From the NCBI GenBank assembly GCA_951406725.2, contig OX597822.1, positions 5,828,001 to 5,892,000 on the forward strand: a stretch of 64,000 nucleotides of DNA, read 5' to 3'. Below are positions 53,128 to 64,000 of the stretch, piece by piece. Under the pieces are notes generated by a model that saw only the letters and a program-made list of their open reading frames with translations, made no database searches and was not told where the DNA came from. The position numbers and the translations under genes are program-made. Within the stretch, counting starts at the first letter, position 1. Each line of letters starts with the position of its first letter. The stretch is from Octopus vulgaris. Its lineage: Eukaryota.

Positions 53128-53440
53128 TGTTGGCAGGAAGTGTAGCTGTCCCTCTATGTGGCATCAAAACATTCTTGGATTAATTCTGTAGTGTGCCAAC
53201 AGATGGCAGCACACGGTTGCGTGTGTAGTGAGAGCTGGCAGTGAGCATCATAAAGTTTGCTGAATGACGTTGCTGTGTTTACTTCACAAGTTGTGAGATT
53301 TGTGTTTTAGCGATCAGGTGTATGCTGTAGGCTGTGATACTTGCCATGAGCAGGAAGTTGGAACAAAGCGCCAATGTGAAATTTCATGTTACCCTTGAGA
53401 AGTCTGCTACAGCGATATTGAGCATGCTTTGGCAAGCAAT
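53128..53440 (+). mobile_element. mariner 5' remnant
   Basis: MSRKLEQSANVKFHVTLEKSATAILSML resembles a mariner transposase N-terminus. Confidence 0.65.
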
Positions 53441-54009
53441 AAGATATGTGCATGTATACATACACACACACACATGTACACACACATACACATATGCACG
53501 CACACATATACACTTATGCTCGGTTGCGGTTGTCTCCCTTGTCACCTACACCTCCAGCCAACTTCCTCTTTCAGTCATTTCAGCATGCTTTGACGGTTTG
53601 ACTCAGACACGTTTTTTCTTTCTTTCTCTCTCCTCATCTATCCTTTCTGTAGCAGAGCGTAGGCTCAAAATATTATAGACTTGTAATTTATCAGAGTATT
53701 GGCTTAATACACCATTTTTTTTAGACTATATATATACACACATATATATACATATACATATATATACATATGTATCATCATCATCATCATTTAACGTCTG
53801 CTTTCCATGGTAGCATGGGTTGGACGATTTGACTGAGGCCTGGTGAACCAGATGGCTGCACCAGGCTCCAATCTTGATCTGGCTGTTTCTATAGCTGGGT
53901 GCTCTTCCTAATGCCAAAACTATATATATATATATACATATATAAATGTGTGTGTGTGTATTATCAGCAGATGGTTTTTGAACCTAATTCATATTTGGAT
54001 ATGTATATA

Positions 54010-54236
54010 TATTTCTTTATTGCCCACAAGGGGCTAAACATAGAGGGGACAAACAAGGACAGACAAAGGGATTAAGTCGATTACATCGACCCCAGTGCGA
54101 AACTGGTACCTTATTTATCGACCCCGAAAGGATGAAAGGTAAAGTCGACCTCGGCGGAATTTGAACTCAGGACGTAAAGACAGACGAAATACCGCTAAGC
54201 ATTTTGCCCGGCGTGCTAACGAGTCTGCCAACGCCT
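54010..54236 (-). mobile_element. SINE family C
   Basis: Family match. TSD TTGGATATGT. Confidence 0.85.
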
Positions 54237-54732
54237 TGGATATGTGTATATGTATATAGTTATCCTTAAAGACGGTCACATTTTGCCAGTTTAACACATG
54301 CACTTCAGTTTTATTATTCTCTTTACTTCAGATTTATCATATTTTAGCCTGAGTTGGTACCTTTTTTTTATTGACTCTTGAAAGGATGAAAGGTGAAGTT
54401 GACCTTGGATATCTCATATCATATTAACTTCTAAACCCTATGCTTGTGTTGACTAAAGTTAAATGTTTCAGCATCCTGTATTTATTTTGTCCAAATTTAA
54501 CTGCAAGCGTCACACAGATGAGAAACTTCCAGATACATACAAACACAGATGCACACACACATACACACACTCTTACATATATACACACACTTACATACAT
54601 ACACACATAGATAGACAGCTAGCTAGCTAGCTAGCTAGATAGATAGATACATACATACATTCATACATGCATACATCCATACGTACATACATACATACAT
54701 ACATACATACATACATACATACATACATACAT

Positions 54733-54905
54733 AGGCGCAGGAGTGGCTCTGTGGTAAGTAGCTTGCTAAACAACCAAATGTTTCTGGGTTCAGTCCCCAC
54801 TGCGTGGCATCTTGGGCAAGTGTCTTCTGCTATAGCCCCGAGCCGACCAATGCCTTGTGAGTGGATTTGGTAGATGGAAACTGAAAGAAGCCTGTCGTAT
54901 ATATG

Positions 54906-54936
<31 letters not shown>

Positions 54937-55157
54937 TTGTGTGTCTGTGTTTGTCCCCCTAGCATTGCTTGACAACCGATGCTGGTCTGTTTACGTCCCC
55001 GTCACTTAGCGGTTCGACAAAAGATACTGATAGAATAAGTACTGGGCTTACAAAGAATAAGTCCCGGAGTCGATTTGCTCAACTAAAGGCGGTGCTCCAG
55101 CATGGCCGCAGTCAAATGACTGAAACAAGTAAAAGAGTAAAAGAGTAAAAAGAGAGA
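54733..55157 (+). mobile_element. SINE family A within an (ATAC)n tract
   Basis: Family match. ATAC repeats on both sides. Confidence 0.85.
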
Positions 55158-55557
55158 GTATACATACATACATACATACATACATACATACATACATACA
55201 TACATACATACATACATACATACATACATACATACATACATACGTACATGCATGGTACACAGATGGGATGCAGAATGCACTTTTGCTGAAAGACAAGAAG
55301 CTGAAGCCAAGATGGCAAGCAGACATAAAGTCAAATGGACATAAAGCTGAAAAGACATACAAAAATCAAAATATAAGATAATCATTTTATTCCTACAATA
55401 CAACCATTTGACAAACTAAAATGTAGAAAAAATGGATACATAAAACCACTTTTTAAGTAGGTTTCTTTACTGGATTTACAATGTAAACATACAAAAATAA
55501 TGCGATCAGATGTTTATTTTAAAATTATTACAATTGACGTATTAAAATGTACAAGAC

Positions 55558-56185
55558 AAAAATAAATAAGAGTATTTAAAAATAGGGAACCAAAGATTGT
55601 AGAAACACCAATGCTTCTTTATTATAAGAACCACAAATGGTTTTTATCCTATTGTTAATGGTATCATATTTTTAGTTAGGTTGTAATATGTCAATTCCTA
55701 TAGTAGCCTGCTCAATTAGAATTTCATTGGATGCTTGCTCATTTCTGATAACATTTAGTAGTTTGGTGACTGTGGGATGAGTGATGCAAAGTCATTTTTA
55801 AAAGCCTGATGCCAGCCTTCAAGAAAATTGTTTGTTCTCAGCAAATTGCCATGAACTTGAGTGTAGACAGACCAAAATAAATAAGAGTATTTAAAAATAG
55901 TGAACCAAAGATTGTAGAAACACCAATGCTTCTTTATTATAAGAATCACAAATGGTTTTTATCCTATTGTTAATGGTATCATATTAGTTAGGTTGTAATA
56001 TGTCAATTCCTATAGTAGCCTGCTCAATTAGAATTTCATTGGATGCTTGCTCATTTCTGATAACATTTAGTAGTTTGGTGACTGTGAGATGAGTGATGCA
56101 AAGTCTTTTTTTAAAAGCCTGATGCCAGCCTTCAAGAAAATTGTTTGTTCTCAGCAAATTGTCATGAACTTGAGTGTAGACAGAT
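55558..56185. repeat. ~315-bp tandem duplication of the MULE 3' portion
   Basis: AAATAAATAAGAGTATTTAAAAATAG...GTGTAGACAGA occurs twice, starting near 55560 and 55875. Confidence 0.9.
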
Positions 56186-57133
56186 CACAAATCAAAATAA
56201 AAAATTGGCTTCCTTTGACGCCCTCTCTGGACTATTCCTAATCATTTAATTTCAAAGTAAACAAAATAATCATTTAATAACTCATCAATTTCAGCATCTA
56301 AGGAATTCACCAATTTGTAAAATAATTCTTGCATATCTGTGGATGTAACTGTTTGATGGAAAGGGCATTACTGGTTTCAACATACCACTGTTGCAGTCCA
56401 CAAGACTGGATATTGCACCATAAACATTGCCCAGAATGAAAGAAACAACCCAGTATTGATGTATTTAGAAAGTTCTTCTTAATGCTGTTTATTGTTGCTT
56501 GTTTGAAATTGATTCTTATCGAATCTGGATCCTGAACACTTTGGCTTTTCAAAAATGTAAAAATTTTGTCTTACGTTTTCTCTTCTTTGTTAATCGTAAT
56601 GCAATACACCAATGGCAAGGTTTTGCTCCCTCGAACAATAATAGCATGTACAATACACAGCTGTTTGCCTAAGGGAGCAGAGTCAAATGTGCCATTGCCA
56701 AACCATGTTTGTTTACTAGATAGTAATTTTAGAATTTTGTCTGTTGATAAAATAGAAACAGCAGTAGTTCCATAAAGCTGAAAATTTTCTCCACGTGTTG
56801 TCATGTCCAAGTCTTCACTATCATCAATCTTTCTTGCTTGCCTTTCCATTCTCTCAACCACTTCTCTTTTAGGCAGAGAACCATCAATGCTGAGAGGCAA
56901 CTCTTCCATAACATTATTAATTACACCTCTTGTCGTCCCCTCTTCTCTCTGTTCAGCTCTAGTCTTCATTTTATCCAAAGCTTTTAAAACGTTAATATAA
57001 GCACCGTCTGGAGGATGTGAATTATTTGAAGCATTTCCCTGTTCGGTATCACTTACAGTTCTAATTCTAGTACTGCACACTTTTCGTTTTTCACACCTCC
57101 AGTAAGTGGTTTCCTTAACTTTTTTATCAACAA

Positions 57134-57514
57134 CTAGCAGTATCGCCCGGCGTTGCTCGGGTTTGTAAGGGAAATAACTATATAAGCATTTTTAGAGATG
57201 TAAAGTATAATAGCCATCTCAATATGGCTAACCACAAAGGGGGTGGGGTGTTACTGTAGCTTTTTACGTTCTGAGATTTAATAATAAATTTTTAGAGAGT
57301 TACTTCCCTTATATATGCCAAAAATGCATTAAAAATGGGAAAAATTGATGGTAAATTTTTTTTTTAATCGTAGACTCATTGTAGAAGGGCTCGATATGAA
57401 TTACGACTATAAGATACCCGGTTTTGGTTAAACTGCACCACAAAATGTGGGAGTAGTTAGGAATCTAAATCGTAGGAGACAGACAGCACACAACCTTACT
57501 TTTATATATAAAGA
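57134..57514 (-). mobile_element. Non-autonomous Helitron inserted in the MULE ORF
   Basis: TC...hairpin-CTAG with an A|T target. Excision restores the reading frame. Confidence 0.85.
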
Positions 57515-57629
57515 TGTATGTATATCCATTAAGAAGGAGCTTTCTACCACAATGTGCTGTTTTAGTGAATTCCATGGTCAAACTGTGGGGATAAAATGAT
57601 TTACTTAAAAAAAATGTAATTAAATTGTG

Positions 57630-57912
57630 AACTGTTTTTAATCTCATTAAATCTTAAGTGCTAAATTAGTGAATTGGTCATTAGACTATGTAGGTAGATA
57701 TATTTATTTTATTATAATTTTTATCTATTAGGAAAAGATCTTTTTGAGATTAACTATTTTTAATCTCGTTAAATCTTAAGTGACAATTGGTGAACTGGTC
57801 ATTAAATTATGTAGGTAGGAATGGTTTTTCCATTATTATTTTTAACTATTTTTAATCTCGTTATATCTTAAGTGCCAAATTGGTGATTTAATAATTAAAC
57901 TATGTTAGTAGG
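57630..57912. repeat. Three diverged ~95-120-bp tandem repeats upstream of the MULE ORF
   Basis: AACT(A/G)TTTTTAATCTC(G/A)TTA(A/T)ATCTTAAGTG occurs three times. Confidence 0.7.
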
Positions 57913-58022
57913 AATGTTTTTTTTTTATTATTATGTCCATTCAGCTCTATGTCTGTTCTGCATTGTGCATTTGGAATCCTGTCTGTGCACGATATGCATA
58001 CATACAGGTGTGTGTGTATATA

Positions 58023-58066
<44 letters not shown>

Positions 58067-58069
58067 AAT

Positions 58070-58395
58070 TTATATAAATTAGAGAAGAACCACCATGTAG
58101 CAATTCAACAATGATATACTTAAATCATACCATATATAAAAAAATTAAAGATACGATAAAACATTTACCTACAGCTAAATAAAGTACGAAATAATAAATA
58201 AATTGTATATAAATAGTCTATTTATTAATTATTAAATATATTAATTAATTAATTACATACAATTTATTTATTATTTCATACTTTATTTAGTTCTAAGTAA
58301 ATGTTTTATCGTATCTTTAATTTTTTTCTCTATGGTATGATTTAAGAATATAATTGTTGAATTGCTACATGGTGGTTCTTCTCTAATTTATATAA
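58070..58395. repeat. Long inverted repeat (~140-bp arms) next to a TA tract
   Basis: AAATTAGAGAAGAACCACCATGTAGCAATTCAACAAT ... ATTGTTGAATTGCTACATGGTGGTTCTTCTCTAATTT. Confidence 0.9.
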
Positions 58396-58488
58396 AGGTA
58401 TTATATATTGTGAAATTTGATTTAGTATTACTAAATTGAATTTTTCCCTGTAAGTTTGGAATCATATTCCCTAATATTATTATTGTTA

Positions 58489-58624
<136 letters not shown>

Positions 58625-58722
58625 CTTATATATATATAAGAGAGAGAGAAAGAAACATACTTCTTCATCCACATTCAAACATGCTTTCTAATCAGTCACT
58701 GGGCCAATAGTGGCAAATTAAG

Positions 58723-58758
<36 letters not shown>

Positions 58759-59059
58759 TATAAAAGGAGCAATGAGAAAATGGAGATAAAAATGGTAATT
58801 AATGAACATCAATTTTTTTTTATGTAATCAGTAAATAATAATTGATGTTTATCAATTATCATCTTTATCTCCATTTTCTTATTTTTCCTTAAATATAGAT
58901 AAACTTCAGTTTATTTCCTTACCTGTCATTTATGAGTATTGACACTAACAGTCTTAATCACATATAGGTAATATGCCAGCGATTCATTGGAAATAAATAT
59001 CCCTTAGATGTTTTTGTAACCTCTACTTGAACTCACCTATATGTGTGTATGTATGTATG

Positions 59060-59118
<59 letters not shown>

Positions 59119-59136
59119 AAATCTATCTATCTATCT

Positions 59137-59167
<31 letters not shown>

Positions 59168-59308
59168 TAACTTATAAACAAGGGCAAAAGAAAATATTTC
59201 TAATGCCAAATATGCCGAAACTAGACACATTGTCCATAACCATATAATTTATCACAATAAGTACATTACTCAAAGAAAGCCGACAGAAATTTTAAAAAAA
59301 TTCCGTTA

Positions 59309-59369
59309 TTACCATATCGGACCCGATTTCAGAATTAGTTCATAAGAACCTTCCCTTCGTCAGTGATAA
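59309..59369 (-). ncRNA. Type I hammerhead ribozyme
   Basis: TTATCA-CTGACGA-AGGGAA..TTCT-GAAA-TCGG-GT-CCGA-TA-TGGTAA. Confidence 0.78.
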
Positions 59370-59895
59370 ATGCAGCAAAGAAATAAATGAAATACTTACT
59401 TATACCCATGGAAGAAGCAAACACTAAGTCATGAGCACAATTAAGTACCCCAAATATATCCAAAATAGAAATTCTCCAGCCCATTCGAGACACGTGCGAT
59501 TTGAACTGAAACTCTCACAGAGTGAGAGAGTCCGGAAGTGAATACTATTAAATTTACATCTAATATAGGATAAAATTTTTCGAAAAAAATTTTATCCATG
59601 GCCAGCATATTAAAAAATTACCTTTAAAGGTTAGATTTATAAACAACTTATAAACAAGGGCAAAAGAAAAAATTTCTAATGCCAAATATGCCGAAAAGGT
59701 ATTTTTTAATATGCTGGCCATTGATAAAATTTTTTCGAAAAATTTTATCCTATATTATATGTATATATATATATACGTTTATATACGTTTATATATGTGT
59801 GTTTATATACCGAATATATATGTGTATATATATACATGTGTGTGTGTACGTATGCACACACACACATACTTATATTTATTTATATCTATATTGTA

Positions 59896-60128
59896 AGGCG
59901 GCGAGCTGACAGACACGTTAGCGCGCCGGGCAGAATGCTTAGCGGTATTTCGTCTGTCGTTACATTCTGTGTTCAAATTCTGCCGAGGTCGGCTTTGCCT
60001 TTCATCCTTTCGGGGTCGATAAATAAAAGTACCAGGTTCACACTGGGGTCGATGTAATCGACTTAATCCGTTTGTCTGTCCTTGTTTGTCCTCTCTATGT
60101 TTAACCCCTTGTGGTCAATAATGAAATA
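59896..60128 (+). mobile_element. SINE family C
   Basis: Family match from head to tail. Confidence 0.8.
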
Positions 60129-60391
60129 TATATTTATTTATATTGTCAATGGATCATATATCCGAAAAAGAAGCATGCTCTAAAAGATAGAGCAGTAATG
60201 CATTTAAATAAATAAATGTATATATATCTATATTCAGTAGGGTATCTGATATCACCTGCTAAAGTCAGAAACAATGTTCCAAAACCACCAGAAACTCACT
60301 ATAAAGATACACACATATATGTATATATATATGTATCTCTCTCCCTCTCCCTCTAAATATATATATATACATATACATATGTATGTATATG

Positions 60392-60430
<39 letters not shown>

Positions 60431-60470
60431 CATATACATACATACATATGTATATATGATGATGATAATG

Positions 60471-60517
<47 letters not shown>

Positions 60518-60598
60518 CATATACATACATATGTATATGTATATATATATATATATACATATACATACATACATATGTATATATGATGAAGATGATAA

Positions 60599-60665
<67 letters not shown>

Positions 60666-61432
60666 CCTGTCTTTCCTGATGTTGGAATGTTATAAATGAT
60701 AAATGATGTAATAATGTAAAGGACAAGAATGTGTGTTAGGATCCAAATTTATGCAGGGGACTTTGGTTTGCAAGAAGAGATAAAAAAATCAAAAACAAAG
60801 AGAAAATACAGAAAGAAAATATTTTGAAAATGGATCTTACCATTATTTGGATTGTGGTGTTAATGGTAGATATTTCCACATCATAAAAGTAATAAATTTG
60901 TTTTACTCTATTATAGAAAAGAAAAATGGCTTGAAAGCTTTTAGCCAGTCCCAACAATTAAGAAGAACCATAGCTTTTGTGTTTGCTGCTATGGATCTCA
61001 GAAGAATTTCAATTGCTATTTTATGTTTGTTGCAAAGTTACCATTCCAGAAACAACTCAATAAACGCAGGATTCTTTGCATGTGGGGTTGGGTTTTTTTT
61101 TTTTTTTTTTTTTTGTTTTTACAAAATTTCTTAACCTTAACAGGAAAATTTGGGAGAATCCAGCATTCAGTGTTTCTTTTATGCAACACTAACGTTTGTT
61201 TGTGTAGGAAACTTCCAATGAAAGTTTACGTTAAAACTAGTATACCCTTGCCGTAAAAAAACGATGGACAAGTGCTGCATGGCCATGGGCTAAACCTTTT
61301 GCTTCCCAACCACATGGTTCCTGATTTAGTCTTACTGTGTAGCACCTTGGGCAAATGTCTTCTACTATAGCCCCAGGCTGACAAAAGCCTCGTGAGTGGA
61401 TTTAATATACAGAAACCCTCGTATATATAGAA

Positions 61433-61554
<122 letters not shown>

Positions 61555-62296
61555 ATATGTGTGTGTGTGTGTATATACACACACAAACACATACATACAT
61601 ATATATATATGAATATGTGTATATGTGTGTGTGCATACGTGTATGTCTGTGTATATATGGATGTGTTTGTTTGTGTGTCTTTGTGTTTGCGTTTGTCCCT
61701 TGCCACTGTCTAACCACTGCTGTTGGTGTGTTTACATCCTTGTAGCTTAGCAGTTCAACAAAGGAAACTGGCAGAATAAGTACCAGGCTTAAAAGCTAAG
61801 TACTGGTCTTGATTTATCCAACTAAAAATCTTCAAGGCAGTGCCCCAGCATGGCCACAGTCTAATGACTGAAACAAGTAAACAGTGAAGGTATTTCAATT
61901 CAGGATTTTAATTCAACTTCATATTCTGTAGATGGATTTTCTAGAAAGCTATTTATATTTTCAGAATTTCTTCTGAATTTCTCCTTCATTGAAACTGGTT
62001 ATTTCAAAATGTCTTTCAAGGTTTATGAAAATATTAAATATAAACTTATACAATTGGAATGCAGAATGAAATATTTTCTTTACATTTCAGTTTTTAAATA
62101 TATTTTCAGATATTTAAAAATAGATGGCAAATTGACAGTCATTAAAACGTGAGATAAAATGTCATGCTGTATATGTACTGACTCTCTGTATTATGAGATC
62201 AAATCCTGCTAAAATCAGCTTTACATTTCATTTATTTAATTTTGAAGGGTATCTCTATGGATTTTTCCATAGAATTCTTCTATAGTCTTTTTTTAT

Positions 62297-62695
62297 AGGT
62301 GCAGGAGTGGCTGTGTGGTAAGTAGCTTGCTTACCAACCACATGGTTCTGGGTTCATTCTCACTGCGTGGCACCTTGGGCAAGTGTCCTCTACTATAGCC
62401 TTGGGCCAACCAAAGCCTTGTGAGTGGATTTGGTAGACGGAAACTGAAAGAAGCCCATCGTATATATGTAAATATGTGTGTGTGTGTATATGTTTGTGTG
62501 TCTGTGTTTGTACCCCAACATCACTTGACAACCGATGGTGGTGTGTTTACATCCCCATAACTTAGCGGTTCAGGAAAAGAGACCAATAGAATAAGTACTA
62601 GGCTTCCAAAGAATAAGTCCCGGGGTCGATTTGCTCGACTAAAGATGGTGCTCCAGAATGGCCACAGTCAAATGACTGAAGCGAGTAAAAGAGTA
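62297..62695 (+). mobile_element. SINE family A
   Basis: Family match. Confidence 0.85.
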
Positions 62696-63484
62696 TAGAA
62701 TTATTTGTAAATAAATACATCTATGTAAACAATGTGACTGAAGATAGACAAAATTGGTGATAAGCATACATGCATATTTCAAGGATTATTGTTCGTTCAT
62801 CAGCACCTCATCTCATCCTTCCAGCTATCTACGAACACTTTGCTTAATTGTCCACAAGGTTTAGTAGTATAACATGAATGGAGACACAGTGTTGTCTTAT
62901 AAACCTATGGTATACTTAGTAGTATATTATGATTACAAAACAAAATACTGTAGCCTTGCCAGCAACAAAATTTTGTCCATTTGAGATTGATTTAAAAAGT
63001 ATGAAAGTATCAATCCAGAGTGGGGACAGATGAAATTGTAAGAACATCAGACCAAATGCTTGGATACAAGGTGGTATTTGTATTGACTTTTGCATTCTGA
63101 TTTCAAACCCCACCATTGCTTGCTTATATATGATAGACTTAGATCATCAAACAATTTAATACCACAACTTGGCCCTCTGTGAGTTCACTTATGTGGTGAG
63201 CACCCAAGAAATGTCCTTCCCCGCTATCAAACTTGGTAACCTTGGAAAGAGATATGTGTATTGTCTTCCCTCTTGAATGAAATATCAAAAACATTTTAAT
63301 TGAAAGTTATTAAAAAAAAGAAAAACTCATATGAATATCATATCGTCAACGTCATAACACGCTCCCTTGCATTAATATTTTGCTATAAACATTAACCAGA
63401 AGAAACAGATTGATCAAGAGTAGTTACAGTATCAGTTGAGTCTCACTGGACAAGGTGCTTAGTGGTACTTCATTCATCTTCTTC

Positions 63485-63995
63485 ATGTTCTGGGTTCAAA
63501 TTTTACTGTGGTCGATTCTTTTTTTCCTTTCATTCTTATGAAATTGATGAAATAAGTACCCTTTCAGCACTGGGGTTGATGTAATCAACAATCAACTGAC
63601 CCCGCTCCCTTAAAATTTCAGGCCTTGTGTCTATAGTAGAAAGGAAAAGATTATTAGTTGAGCCCTGTCCATTTTTATATTCTGATTTCAAATTCTGCTG
63701 AGGTTGACTTTGCTTTCCTTCTTTCGGGGTTGTCGAAATAAATACCAGTTGTGTACTGGGGTTGATGTAATCTACAAGCCCCCGTTTCCCAAAAGGATGA
63801 ATGGCATTTTGTCCATTTTTATAATTCTAATTTCAAATTCCGCTGTGGCCAACTATGCCTTAGCTCCTGTCAGAGTTGATGAAGCAAGTACCAGTTGTGC
63901 ACTGGGGTTAATGTAATAAACAAACCCCATCCCACAAAAATTTCTGGCCTTGTACCTATAGAAGAAAGGAAAAGATTATTAGTTGAGCCCTGTGT
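63485..63995 (+). mobile_element. Tandem decayed family C-like SINEs with an alternative tail (GGCCTTGTG.CTATAG.AGAAAGGA)
   Basis: Nin/Deu-like domain repeated three times. Tail differs from the Tx1-like tail. Confidence 0.65.
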
Positions 63996-64000
63996 TATTG

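Larger units (their letters stand above)
55558..57575 (-). pseudogene. FLYWCH + MULE (Mutator-like) transposase remnant
   Basis: GRKLLLNGYTY|IVDKK..TTYWRCEKR..C; WFGNGTF; LPLVYC; GCFFH..Q..W..IQ; RTNN.LEGWH. Disrupted. Confidence 0.82.

Noticed and set aside
57630-57912. Spaced repeats resembling a CRISPR array
   Set aside because: Whole units are homologous with no unique spacers, the context is eukaryotic and there are no cas genes; likely MULE subterminal repeats.
60736-61256. Short hydrophobic ORFs that might be host exons (also 62916-63116)
   Set aside because: No recognisable domain or consistent splice/frame structure.

Overview
Repeat-saturated, AT-rich eukaryotic DNA with no host protein-coding gene that I can support. 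The SINE families and microsatellite load look like an octopus/cephalopod genome (inference). The central structure is (GATA)n - full-length Tx1-clade (L1-group) non-LTR retrotransposon - (GATA)n - a second, diverged full-length Tx1 element - (GATA)n. Both elements are on the minus strand with the same 3' junction phase, suggesting a (GATA/TATC)n-targeting family. Their 3' terminal ~43 nt (hairpin + AATAAA) is shared with an abundant Nin/Deu-domain tRNA SINE, and a matching hairpin recurs in the 5' UTR. A second system, invisible in the ORF track, is a set of short non-coding inserts in (TA)n tracts that carry type I hammerhead ribozymes (4 near-canonical, several decayed) plus long inverted or direct terminal duplications, as expected for Penelope-like or retrozyme-type non-autonomous elements. 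Also present: a complete Chapaev3-type DNA transposon (TTA TSD), a FLYWCH-MULE remnant split by a Helitron, a second Helitron, mariner and piggyBac-type remnants, RTE fragments and at least four SINE families. All calls are from manual reading; no database searches were run.
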